NCBI GenBank assembly: GCA_041288095.1
Contig: JBGGMJ010000024.1
Coordinates: 1-12,244 of the forward strand
Direction of reading: 5' to 3'
DNA length: 12,244 nucleotides
From: Myxococcota bacterium
Lineage (GTDB): Bacteria; Myxococcota; XYA12-FULL-58-9; JALHOP01
Part shown: positions 1 to 7,190 of the stretch, piece by piece
How positions within the stretch are numbered: position 1 is the first letter of the stretch
Layout: the number at the start of each line of letters is the position of its first letter
Program-made: the position numbers and the translations under genes
Notes under the pieces: model-generated
Databases searched by the model: none
Seen by the model: the letters and a program-made list of their open reading frames with translations, nothing else
What the model was told of the DNA's origin: nothing

Positions 1-2
1 AC

Positions 3-2912
3 CGCCGCATCGCTGCCGCGACGGAGCTGTTGCGCAACTACCTCGCGAACGAAACGACCCTCGAGCTCCGCGCCGGTATCGAGTTCGCGATCATCGGTTT
101 CTTCGGCGATGTCGACGTGCTCACCCGCGACGAGCGCGGCCTGCCTGGTTTCACGGGCGACGGGCGCCAGGCCATCTTCTCGCTACCGCAGCTCGCACGC
201 CCAGGTGCCAACACCAACTTCCAAGGCGCCCTGAGCCGCGCCTTCACTCTGCTCGACCGCGACATGGCCCAACTCGATGAGGTCGCCCGCGAGCGCACCC
301 GCTACGAGGTCATCTTCCTCTCGGACGGCCAGCCCTTCCCGAACAACTGCCGTGGCGAGCCCAACTCCGCCACCAACGCGGTCCGCGCGGTCAATCGCGT
401 GGTCTCGCTTGGCAGCCTCTACAGCATCGATGTCAACCTCTCGACCGTTTTCGCGGCCACGCCCGAAATGTTCGCGCCCGGCGCCATCAACAACAGCGGT
501 TGCACCGAGAACGATCCCTACGTCGAAAACTTCGCGACCATCGGCGAGACGACCCGCGCCCTCATGCAAGACATGGCCGCGACCGGCGGCGGCACCTTCC
601 GCCAGTTCTTGAACGGCGACGCCATCAGCTTCGCCGGCTTCGAGTTCGCCGAGTCACGTCGTATCTACGCCCTCTCGAACTTCATGGCCTCGAATCTCTC
701 GGCGCGACCAGTCGAAGACACCTTGATGGCGGACAGCGACCGCGACGGCCTCACCGATCAAGAGGAGTACAATATCGGCTCCTCGCAGGTGCGCACAGAC
801 AGCGACAACGACGGCTTCAACGACATGGTCGAGTGGCGTTTCCGCTTGAGCGGATTCGATCCGATGGATCCGACCGACGCCGCCTGTACGCCGCTCACCA
901 AGGTGGACGCGGATGTCGACGGCTTGCTCGACTGTGAAGAGATCTTCCTGGGCACGCAGCGCAAGACCTTCGACTCCGACAACGACTCGAGCCCCGACTT
1001 CGTCGAGATCTCCTTCGAGGGCAATCCGCGCTCGGCGAACAGCACCCAAGATCGCTACGCCGACGATGACGCCGACGGCGGCGGCAATGCCGACGAGCTG
1101 CGCTGGCACACCGACCCCAAGGTCAACGACGTCGCCTATCGCGCGAAGTTCGCCTACCAGTACGACCAACGTCAGCTGCCGCTCACCGCCGGCTCGGCTT
1201 GTTACGAGTTCGATGTGAAGAACGTGCGCATGGCATCGACGCAGGCGTTGCCGCTCGGAGGCGCGAGCTCGCGTCAAGAGCCCGAGGGCGTCAACCGCAT
1301 CATGCTCTACTTCGCACAGACGCCCTACGACGAGCCCGAGGGTGATCCCGTCTATCGCCTCGCCTGCGTCGAAGGCCGCTACGTGCAGGCTCGCGATCTC
1401 AAGATGCCGGCGAGCGGCCGCTTCCGCCTGCCGGAGCGGCGTCCATCGGACACCTACGAAGCGTCGGGCGTCCTGCGCCCGAACAACGACATCTGCCAAG
1501 CCTCCGTCAACCAAGACTGTGGTCTCGGCACCCTGTGGTGCCGCTTCGAGATCACCGGCGATTGCACCTGTTGCCAGGCGCGCAATGCCAGCACCGATCC
1601 CAACGACGGCACCAACTGCGGCCCATGTCCTGCTTGCTCCGACGGACAGGACAACGACGGTGACGGCCGCACCGACTTTCCCTACGACCCGGACTGCTTC
1701 GACTCCGTCGACAGCGACGAAGGCAGCGGCGTTGCTTGCAGCGACGGCCTCGACAACGACGCCGACGGCTGGGTCGACTGGCCGAACGAGCCCGGTTGTT
1801 CGTCAGGCTACGACACCGATGAAGCGGACAGCCCGACGCCGCGCGCCTGCTCGAACTTCGGCCTCATTGCCGGTCAGACGCGTCCCGTGGATGACGACGG
1901 CGACGGCGCGCCGAACTATCCCGCGGACCCGGACTGCGACTCGGCTTACGACGACGACGAAGGCACCTCCGACGGATCGCTCGGCCCCCCTGCGTGCGAC
2001 GACGGCGAAGACAACGACGGCGACGGGCTCATCGACTTCCCAGGCGATCCAGGCTGCGGCAGCCGTGACGACCCCGACGAAGATGGTCCGCAGACCTGCT
2101 TCTTCTGCGAGCGCTTCACCGACGCGCAGCCGGGTCAGTGCGACATCGGCGCCGGCTTCTGCAAGCCACGCGCGGGACAGGTTCCGCAGCCACAGGCTTG
2201 CGGCAGCAATCTCGATTGCGGCACCGCGGCCTTGGGCTACGCGCCTTGCGTCAACAACCAGTGCGTCGCAACCGCGCTAAACGGCGTTGGCGCGGTCACC
2301 AACTGCACGTCGCGCGCTGACTGCCGCGGCGCCCCTTGTGTCGCCTCGAATGGCTCGCAGTGCCTCGGCACGGGCCCATGCGTCGGCGGCATCTGCTCGC
2401 CCTGCTTGCAGGACTCCGACTGTGACACCGCCCCCGGCGCGCGCGACGGTTTGTGCGACCAATCGATCGGCTGGTGTTTGACCGACGGCTTCACGCCGAC
2501 CGAGTGCGCCGGTGACGGCGACTGCACCGCGGGTATCTGCGAAACGGACATCGGTGTGTGCTCGGTCGACCCGTATTACGCATGTGACAGCAACAAGGAC
2601 TGCCGCGACGACGAGCTCTGTGCGCTCGAGCGTGGCTTCTGCTTGCGGCGTTCGTTCATTACCGAACAGTGCGACACGTCGGAGCCGTGCACCCAAGACA
2701 TCGACGCGGACGGACAGGTTGATGGCAGCTGCAACGCCGACATCGGCTGGTGCTTGCCGTCAGAAGAGAGATTCCAATGCAGGCAGGACGACGAGTGTCC
2801 CTTCGGGAACTGTGTGAAAGACGGCAGCGCGGTGTTCGGATACTGCGATCAGCAGACATTCGTGTTCCCGTCGGACTTCAAGCCCGAGGTGGACTGCATT
2901 CGTGGACGCTAG
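3..2912 (+). CDS. 5'-partial VWA-domain / thrombospondin type-3 repeat surface protein (MtsD/MtsE-like cell-cohesion protein) with long Ca-binding and Cys-rich C-terminal expansion
   Basis: The frame is open from position 3 (RRIAAATELLRNY...), so the true start is upstream of the window. C-terminal VWA motifs are visible: FAIIGF, TNFQGAL, YEVIFLSDGQP and LMQDMAATGGGTFRQF. These are followed by five DxDxDG-type repeats and a segment CYEFDVKNVRM...NRIMLYFAQTP...YRLACV that I recognise from myxobacterial Mts VWA proteins (recalled, not searched). Third-position GC bias is strong; stop TAG at 2910-2912. Confidence 0.8.
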   Translation, partial: RRIAAATELLRNYLANETTLELRAGIEFAIIGFFGDVDVLTRDERGLPGFTGDGRQAIFSLPQLARPGANTNFQGALSRAFTLLDRDMAQLDEVARERTRYEVIFLSDGQPFPNNCRGEPNSATNAVRAVNRVVSLGSLYSIDVNLSTVFAATPEMFAPGAINNSGCTENDPYVENFATIGETTRALMQDMAATGGGTFRQFLNGDAISFAGFEFAESRRIYALSNFMASNLSARPVEDTLMADSDRDGLTDQEEYNIGSSQVRTDSDNDGFNDMVEWRFRLSGFDPMDPTDAACTPLTKVDADVDGLLDCEEIFLGTQRKTFDSDNDSSPDFVEISFEGNPRSANSTQDRYADDDADGGGNADELRWHTDPKVNDVAYRAKFAYQYDQRQLPLTAGSACYEFDVKNVRMASTQALPLGGASSRQEPEGVNRIMLYFAQTPYDEPEGDPVYRLACVEGRYVQARDLKMPASGRFRLPERRPSDTYEASGVLRPNNDICQASVNQDCGLGTLWCRFEITGDCTCCQARNASTDPNDGTNCGPCPACSDGQDNDGDGRTDFPYDPDCFDSVDSDEGSGVACSDGLDNDADGWVDWPNEPGCSSGYDTDEADSPTPRACSNFGLIAGQTRPVDDDGDGAPNYPADPDCDSAYDDDEGTSDGSLGPPACDDGEDNDGDGLIDFPGDPGCGSRDDPDEDGPQTCFFCERFTDAQPGQCDIGAGFCKPRAGQVPQPQACGSNLDCGTAALGYAPCVNNQCVATALNGVGAVTNCTSRADCRGAPCVASNGSQCLGTGPCVGGICSPCLQDSDCDTAPGARDGLCDQSIGWCLTDGFTPTECAGDGDCTAGICETDIGVCSVDPYYACDSNKDCRDDELCALERGFCLRRSFITEQCDTSEPCTQDIDADGQVDGSCNADIGWCLPSEERFQCRQDDECPFGNCVKDGSAVFGYCDQQTFVFPSDFKPEVDCIRGR
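732..1100 (+). repeat. Five thrombospondin type-3-like Ca-binding protein repeats in ORF1
   Basis: DSDRDGLTDQEE (732), DSDNDGFNDMVE (798), DADVDGLLDCEE (906), DSDNDSSPDFVE (972), DDDADGGGNADE (1062). Confidence 0.8.
1632..2081 (+). repeat. Four AC-x-DG-x-DNDGDG-x2-D-x-P-x-DP-x-C-x4-D-x-DE acidic metal-binding repeats in ORF1
   Basis: ACSDGQDNDGDGRTDFPYDPDC (1632), ACSDGLDNDADGWVDWPNEPGC (1734), ACSN(+insert)VDDDGDGAPNYPADPDC (1845), ACDDGEDNDGDGLIDFPGDPGC (1992). Confidence 0.85.
2097..2846 (+). repeat. About eight Cys-rich C-x2-D-x-DC...C...G-x-C modules in ORF1
   Basis: Examples: CLQDSDC...LCDQSIGWC, CAGDGDCTAGICETDIGVC, CDSNKDCRDDELCALERGFC, CDTSEPC...SCNADIGWC, CRQDDECPFGNC...FGYC. Confidence 0.8.
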
Positions 2913-5758
2913 TCGTCGCCGCGGCGCTGCTTGGCGTCGCGTGCGGCGGCTCTGTCGGTAAGCCCGACACCGATTTCGACAACCCTCCGCCGATCGCCTG
3001 CGATCCAGACGACTTCAATAGCCTCGCGGAGACCCGGCCCGCGACGCTCGGCATCATCTCGAGCGACTTCATGTGTCCGCGCGCCGACCGCGACTATTGG
3101 AAGTACACCGCCATCGGCGGCGACAAACAGCTGCTGTCGGTCGACCTGCTCTACGAGAAGCTCTCGCCCACCATCGAGCTGCAAGCCGACGTCTGGGGCC
3201 CGCGCGGCCGCTGCATGGCGAATGCGCTCACCGCTTGCACGACCAACGCCTCCTGCGCCCCGGCCTTCGACTTTTGCGACACGGATCGCGGCGGTTGCCG
3301 CGCCGCCAACGCGCCGGTCTGCTTCAAGGACAGCGACTGCATCGCCGGCGAGAGCTGCTATGGCGCACAGACCGCCGTCGAGCAGATCGCCCAGGTGCGC
3401 ATTCCGCCGACCTCGGTGCTTCAACACCGCCTCACGGCCAACTACGCCGCTTTCGCGCAAGGTGATTACACCGTTATCGTCTACGACCATGCCGAGCGCG
3501 AGGAAGAGCCCGTCATCCAGTATCAGTTGACGGTGACGACGCAGACCGACCCTGACGTCAACGAGCCCAACGACCTGCGCAACCTCGCGACGCCCCTCGT
3601 TTCGGGGACCGGCGTCGAAGGCGCGATGTCTTACGTCGACGACGTCGACTGGTTCGTGATCACACCGGCCTTCTCCACACCGGCGGTGGTGCGCGTCAAT
3701 CTCTCGTATTCGGCGAGCTCCGTGATCGCGCCCACCTGGACGATCATCCAGGGCAACTTCCAATACGAAGGTCCCGACGCCGTGACCGAGGGCGCGGGTG
3801 GCACCGCCCTTCGACGTCAGAGCGCCGGCGTCGTCACGCCAACCAACGCCCCGGTGCTCATCCGCGTCCAGAACGCCGCCAACGCCACGAACACGACTGA
3901 CCGCTATAACCTCATCGTCGACATCACTGACGACCCGCAAGAAGGCGCTGTCCGCAATGACGACATCGCCACCGCGACCAACCTCAACGCCGGCAGCGCG
4001 ACGGCTCCGCCGGGCGCCAACATGTTCTACAACCAGACGGACCGCATTCTGATCGCGCTCAACGACACCGACTGGTATCGCATCGCGCGCAGCGCGGCCA
4101 TCGACGACAACACGCTGCTTCACTTCATCAACTCGGCGGCGGCGAACGCGCCTTACTCGCTCGTCTTCCAGATGTACCGCCCGACCGCCACGGCGTGCAG
4201 CGCCATCAACCAGTGCTCGCAAGGTCGCCCCTGCTCGCAGGAAGGCGTCTGCTTGGATCTCATGGTGCAACGGCCGTCGCCCGACGGCCCCGGCGATCCG
4301 CAGCTCGGCGGCTTGTCGCCGAACTACATCGAGACACAGCTACCGATGCTCGCCGACATCGTCTACGTGCGCGTCGTGAACAACGCTTCGACGCTCCTCG
4401 ACGTGCCGGGCTACGACTTCACCAAGGCGAATCCGTACCGCATCACCATGGAGCACATCTCGGAGCCCGACCCGGGTGATGCCGCCAATCCGCCGGACAA
4501 CCGCTTCCTGTCGCGGCCGTTCGACGCCAGCGCGGGCGACTTCAATCCGCAATGGCGGGACGTGACCGGAGGCAATGTCATCGTCACGCCGTCGACTCCC
4601 GGCAGCCCGATGGCGGTGGCGCGCGCGGCATCCGTGGTCAATGGCACCGCGGCCTCGTGCACCACGGTGACTCTCGACGTCTACGACGGCCTTGGTCGTG
4701 CGAACGCGACCTCGCGCACAATCACCCTCTCCGGCAGCGGAGGCGCGACCTTCGAGGCGATCTGCGGCGACGGCATCCCGATCACGCAGGTGGTCGCGAC
4801 GGGCGCAAGCACGACGGTGGGCCTCGTCAACACCGGCGGCGGCGCGGTGACGCTCACCTCGGGCATCGGTGGCGTCAACGTCAACTCGTACTTGCCGACC
4901 GGCAACGCGACGAACTTCCAATCGCAGCAGGGCACGGCAGCACAACGTGGCGCGGCGTCGGACAGCGGATCGGCCCCGGTCCGCATTCGCTTACCGGCGG
5001 CAGCAGGCGCGGCGACCACGATCAACCTCGTCGCGAGCGGTGGTGGTCAGATCACCTGCGTCGCCGCGGGCACCAACCCAACCTGTCCCAACGACGACCT
5101 GACGGCTGACTACTGCGATCCGACCGCGGGGCAACCGGATTGTCACGTCATCATTCCGACCGGCGGCCAGACCGTCGATGTGCGCGTGAACTTCCCAACG
5201 GCTGGCAATCCGCAGACGCTCACCGCCACCTGGGGCGGCTCGAACACCGGCATCTTCCAGTGGGTCGTCTACACGCCGGGCGAAGCCGTCAGCTCCGGCG
5301 GCGGCCCGCCCTACAGCATCGTCGGCTACATCTCTTACGACGGCGACCAGGACTTCTTCGAGGTCGTGCCGCCCAACCCCCCGGGCCTCGGCGCTGGCGG
5401 TATCAGCATCTTCGTCGATTTCCCCGCGAGTGAGGTCGACATCCGCGCGCAGGCGACACGTGGTGGTGGTGGCGCGGGCGTCGGTAACGGCAACGATGTC
5501 TGCGAAGACGGATGCGGCGCCGGTGGCACCTGCAACACCCTGCGGCAGACCTGCCGTCACGCGGCGTTCAACGACTCGGCCGGACCAACCTCATCCAGTC
5601 CCGAATGCGTCTACACCGGTGCGAGCGGCGGCGAGCCCATCCAGATCTGGGTGAACGACGTCAACTCGAACGACTGGGAAGAAGTGCAGCCGTACACGAT
5701 TCGCGTCGAGTACTTCGAAGGCTGTCCCGGCGTCTGTCCGGCGGCGGCGTGTCAGTAG
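2894..5758 (+). CDS. Large putative lipoprotein with PPC-like (EPND...GxISYxxDxDWF) repeats and Cys-rich inserts; MtsF-like cell-cohesion protein (start uncertain)
   Basis: Long ORF with native codon bias and stop TAG at 5756-5758. Hydrophobic stretch WTLVVAAALLGVA|C with Cys at 2942. Repeated motifs DRDYWKY, DVNEPND..ATPL..GAMSYVDDVDWF, RNDDIATAT..NDTDWYR and GYISYDGDQDFF. It overlaps the upstream VWA gene, as expected for an mts-like operon. The start shown is the CTG nearest the signal peptide; canonical alternatives are GTG 2750, ATG 2777 and GTG 2795. Confidence 0.72.
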   Translation: MHSWTLVVAAALLGVACGGSVGKPDTDFDNPPPIACDPDDFNSLAETRPATLGIISSDFMCPRADRDYWKYTAIGGDKQLLSVDLLYEKLSPTIELQADVWGPRGRCMANALTACTTNASCAPAFDFCDTDRGGCRAANAPVCFKDSDCIAGESCYGAQTAVEQIAQVRIPPTSVLQHRLTANYAAFAQGDYTVIVYDHAEREEEPVIQYQLTVTTQTDPDVNEPNDLRNLATPLVSGTGVEGAMSYVDDVDWFVITPAFSTPAVVRVNLSYSASSVIAPTWTIIQGNFQYEGPDAVTEGAGGTALRRQSAGVVTPTNAPVLIRVQNAANATNTTDRYNLIVDITDDPQEGAVRNDDIATATNLNAGSATAPPGANMFYNQTDRILIALNDTDWYRIARSAAIDDNTLLHFINSAAANAPYSLVFQMYRPTATACSAINQCSQGRPCSQEGVCLDLMVQRPSPDGPGDPQLGGLSPNYIETQLPMLADIVYVRVVNNASTLLDVPGYDFTKANPYRITMEHISEPDPGDAANPPDNRFLSRPFDASAGDFNPQWRDVTGGNVIVTPSTPGSPMAVARAASVVNGTAASCTTVTLDVYDGLGRANATSRTITLSGSGGATFEAICGDGIPITQVVATGASTTVGLVNTGGGAVTLTSGIGGVNVNSYLPTGNATNFQSQQGTAAQRGAASDSGSAPVRIRLPAAAGAATTINLVASGGGQITCVAAGTNPTCPNDDLTADYCDPTAGQPDCHVIIPTGGQTVDVRVNFPTAGNPQTLTATWGGSNTGIFQWVVYTPGEAVSSGGGPPYSIVGYISYDGDQDFFEVVPPNPPGLGAGGISIFVDFPASEVDIRAQATRGGGGAGVGNGNDVCEDGCGAGGTCNTLRQTCRHAAFNDSAGPTSSSPECVYTGASGGEPIQIWVNDVNSNDWEEVQPYTIRVEYFEGCPGVCPAAACQ

Positions 5759-5771
5759 CGTGAATCCGCTG

Positions 5772-5806
5772 GGGGGCTCTCGCCGTATCAATCTCGCGAG
5801 GCCCCC
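5772..5806 (+). promoter_or_regulatory. GC-rich stem-loop covering the P450 ribosome-binding site
   Basis: GGGGGC(T)CTCGC at 5772-5783 pairs with GCGAGGCCCCC at 5796-5806 (11 bp, one bulged T, 12-nt loop). The GAGG SD at 5798-5801 is in the 3' arm and the GTG start follows at 5807. There is no U-tract. Confidence 0.5.
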
Positions 5807-7123
5807 GTGAGCGACCCCCAAGCCCAGCTGCCCCCAGGTCATGACGGTTTGCCCGTCCTCGGAGAGACGCTCCGCTTTCTCGGCAACATCTTCGGCTTCG
5901 TCGGTGATGGCGCCCGGCGGCATGGTCCGGTCTTCCGCTCGCGCATTCTCGGCAGGCGCACGGCGGTCCTCTCGGGGCCCGAGGCGACCGATGCCTTCGT
6001 CGATCCGGAACGCGTCCAGCGCTCGGGGGCCATGCCGCCGAACATCCAAACGCTCTTCGGTGGTGAATCGTTGCCCGTGCTCGATGGCGCCAAGCACCGC
6101 GAGCGTAAATCGTTCGTCATGGCCGCCTTCACCCGCGACGCGCTCGCGGGCTATGTGCCCATCTTGCAGCGAAGCATTCGCGCCGCTTTAGCGGACGCGA
6201 CGACGACGCCAAAGGTGTCGTGTCTCGACGCCTTCCAGCATCTCGCCATCGAGGCGATCTGCGAGATGTTCATTGGCCTAAAGCCCAGTGCCGAGCTCGA
6301 AGAGGTGCGCGAGGACTACGTGCTTGTGGTGCGCGCGGTCGCCTCGCTTCCGTTACCGCTACCTTGGAGCAAATTCGCGCGCGGCAAACGCGCCGTCCAA
6401 CGCATTCTCGCGGTGTACGCCAAAGCGATCAAGGAGCACGAGCAAGGCGCCGCACGCACCGACGGTCTCGCGCGGATTCTCTCCGCCAAAGTCGAAGACA
6501 AGCATATCGACCACGCGGCACTGCAACGCGAGCTACATCATATCGTCATCGCCGGCTACATCGTCTGGGGTTGGTTTTGCACCACGGTCATCGAGCTCGG
6601 TGAAAACCAGGAGCTGTGCGCGCGCCTCACCGATGAGGTAGCCAAGCTCCCCGCCGACTACCATCTCGACGCCGTCGATGCGCTGCCGCTTTTGCGGACG
6701 GTTAGCATGGAGGTGCGACGCGTGAGCCCGGTCGTGCCGGTGAGCTTTGGCGTTGCGCATCGCGACTTCATGCTCGGCGGCTACCGCGTGCCGGCGGGCT
6801 GGATGGTCTTGTGGAGCCCCAGCGCTTCGAACCGCGCCCCGGTGTTCAGCGAGCCGGACCGCTTCGATCCCACGCGCTTCGGCGAGAGTAGGCACGAGGA
6901 CGAACGCCATCGCCACGCCTATGTCCCAAACGGAGGCGGCGACGCTCACACCGGTCACAAATGCGCCGGCCACGAGCTCGCGAGCCTGATGCTGCGCGTG
7001 TTCACCATCGAGCTGCTACGAGGCTACCGCTTCGAGCTCCTCGAGGGTCGCCCGAGCTACGACAGCACCAAGATCCCCGCCGAGCCGAGCGATGGGCTGC
7101 CGGTGCGTTTCACCGCGAAATAA
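5807..7123 (+). CDS. Cytochrome P450 (atypical), 438 aa
   Basis: N-terminal LPPGxxGLPVLGE, ExxR motif (EVRR, 6710), meander FDPTRF and heme-thiolate region YVPNGGGDAHTGHKCAG (Cys codon 6962). GTG start with SD GAGG; stop TAA at 7121-7123. Confidence 0.93.
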   Translation: MSDPQAQLPPGHDGLPVLGETLRFLGNIFGFVGDGARRHGPVFRSRILGRRTAVLSGPEATDAFVDPERVQRSGAMPPNIQTLFGGESLPVLDGAKHRERKSFVMAAFTRDALAGYVPILQRSIRAALADATTTPKVSCLDAFQHLAIEAICEMFIGLKPSAELEEVREDYVLVVRAVASLPLPLPWSKFARGKRAVQRILAVYAKAIKEHEQGAARTDGLARILSAKVEDKHIDHAALQRELHHIVIAGYIVWGWFCTTVIELGENQELCARLTDEVAKLPADYHLDAVDALPLLRTVSMEVRRVSPVVPVSFGVAHRDFMLGGYRVPAGWMVLWSPSASNRAPVFSEPDRFDPTRFGESRHEDERHRHAYVPNGGGDAHTGHKCAGHELASLMLRVFTIELLRGYRFELLEGRPSYDSTKIPAEPSDGLPVRFTAK

Positions 7124-7178
7124 TTGGGGGAATTCTTGTCAGGCTTTGCGCCCCTGGCGCGACGCGTCATTCCCGCCC

Positions 7179-7184
7179 TATGAT
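7179..7184 (+). promoter_or_regulatory. Candidate -10 element (TATGAT) 6 nt upstream of the cysE ATG; possible leaderless transcript
   Basis: Sequence CCC-TATGAT-AGTGGG-ATG: a 5/6 match to TATAAT in GC-rich context, with no strong SD and no good -35 at 17 bp. Confidence 0.4.
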
Positions 7185-7190
7185 AGTGGG

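Noticed and set aside
1342..2280. Long alternative-frame plus-strand ORFs (1342-2280, 2931-3530, 8125-8961)
   Set aside because: Their Thr/Arg/Ala-rich translations are typical off-frame readings of GC-rich codons within real genes.
1632..2846. CRISPR array or DGR-type template/variable repeat pair
   Set aside because: The repeats are degenerate, in-frame protein repeats varying at synonymous positions. There are no identical spaced repeats, no adenine-specific mismatch pattern and no cas or reverse transcriptase gene.
2909..4270. 453-aa antisense ORF (also 654-1514, 4340-4945, 7167-8078 and 8033-8581 on the minus strand)
   Set aside because: These are shadow frames of well-supported plus-strand genes, expected with high GC3, and show no recognisable motifs.
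5772..5806. Intrinsic terminator after ORF2
   Set aside because: The hairpin has no following U-tract and abuts the next start codon, so it is treated as a possible translational element instead.
5759..5810. Biarylitide-type or other aromatic RiPP precursor for the P450
   Set aside because: The only mini-ORF here (MNPLGGSRRINLARPP) has no Tyr, Trp or His for cross-linking, and no peptidase or transporter genes lie in the window.
7136..7141. TTGTCA as the -35 element for cysE
   Set aside because: It lies 37 nt from the TATGAT box, and no -10-like hexamer is found 16-18 nt downstream.
7124..7183. 19-codon TTG mini-ORF directly after the P450 stop
   Set aside because: No SD, weak start codon and no coupling to cysE; likely chance.
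7092..7190. N-terminal extension of cysE given in the ORF track
   Set aside because: It overlaps the P450 3' end and reads through intergenic-looking sequence; ATG 7191 gives a typical protein length.
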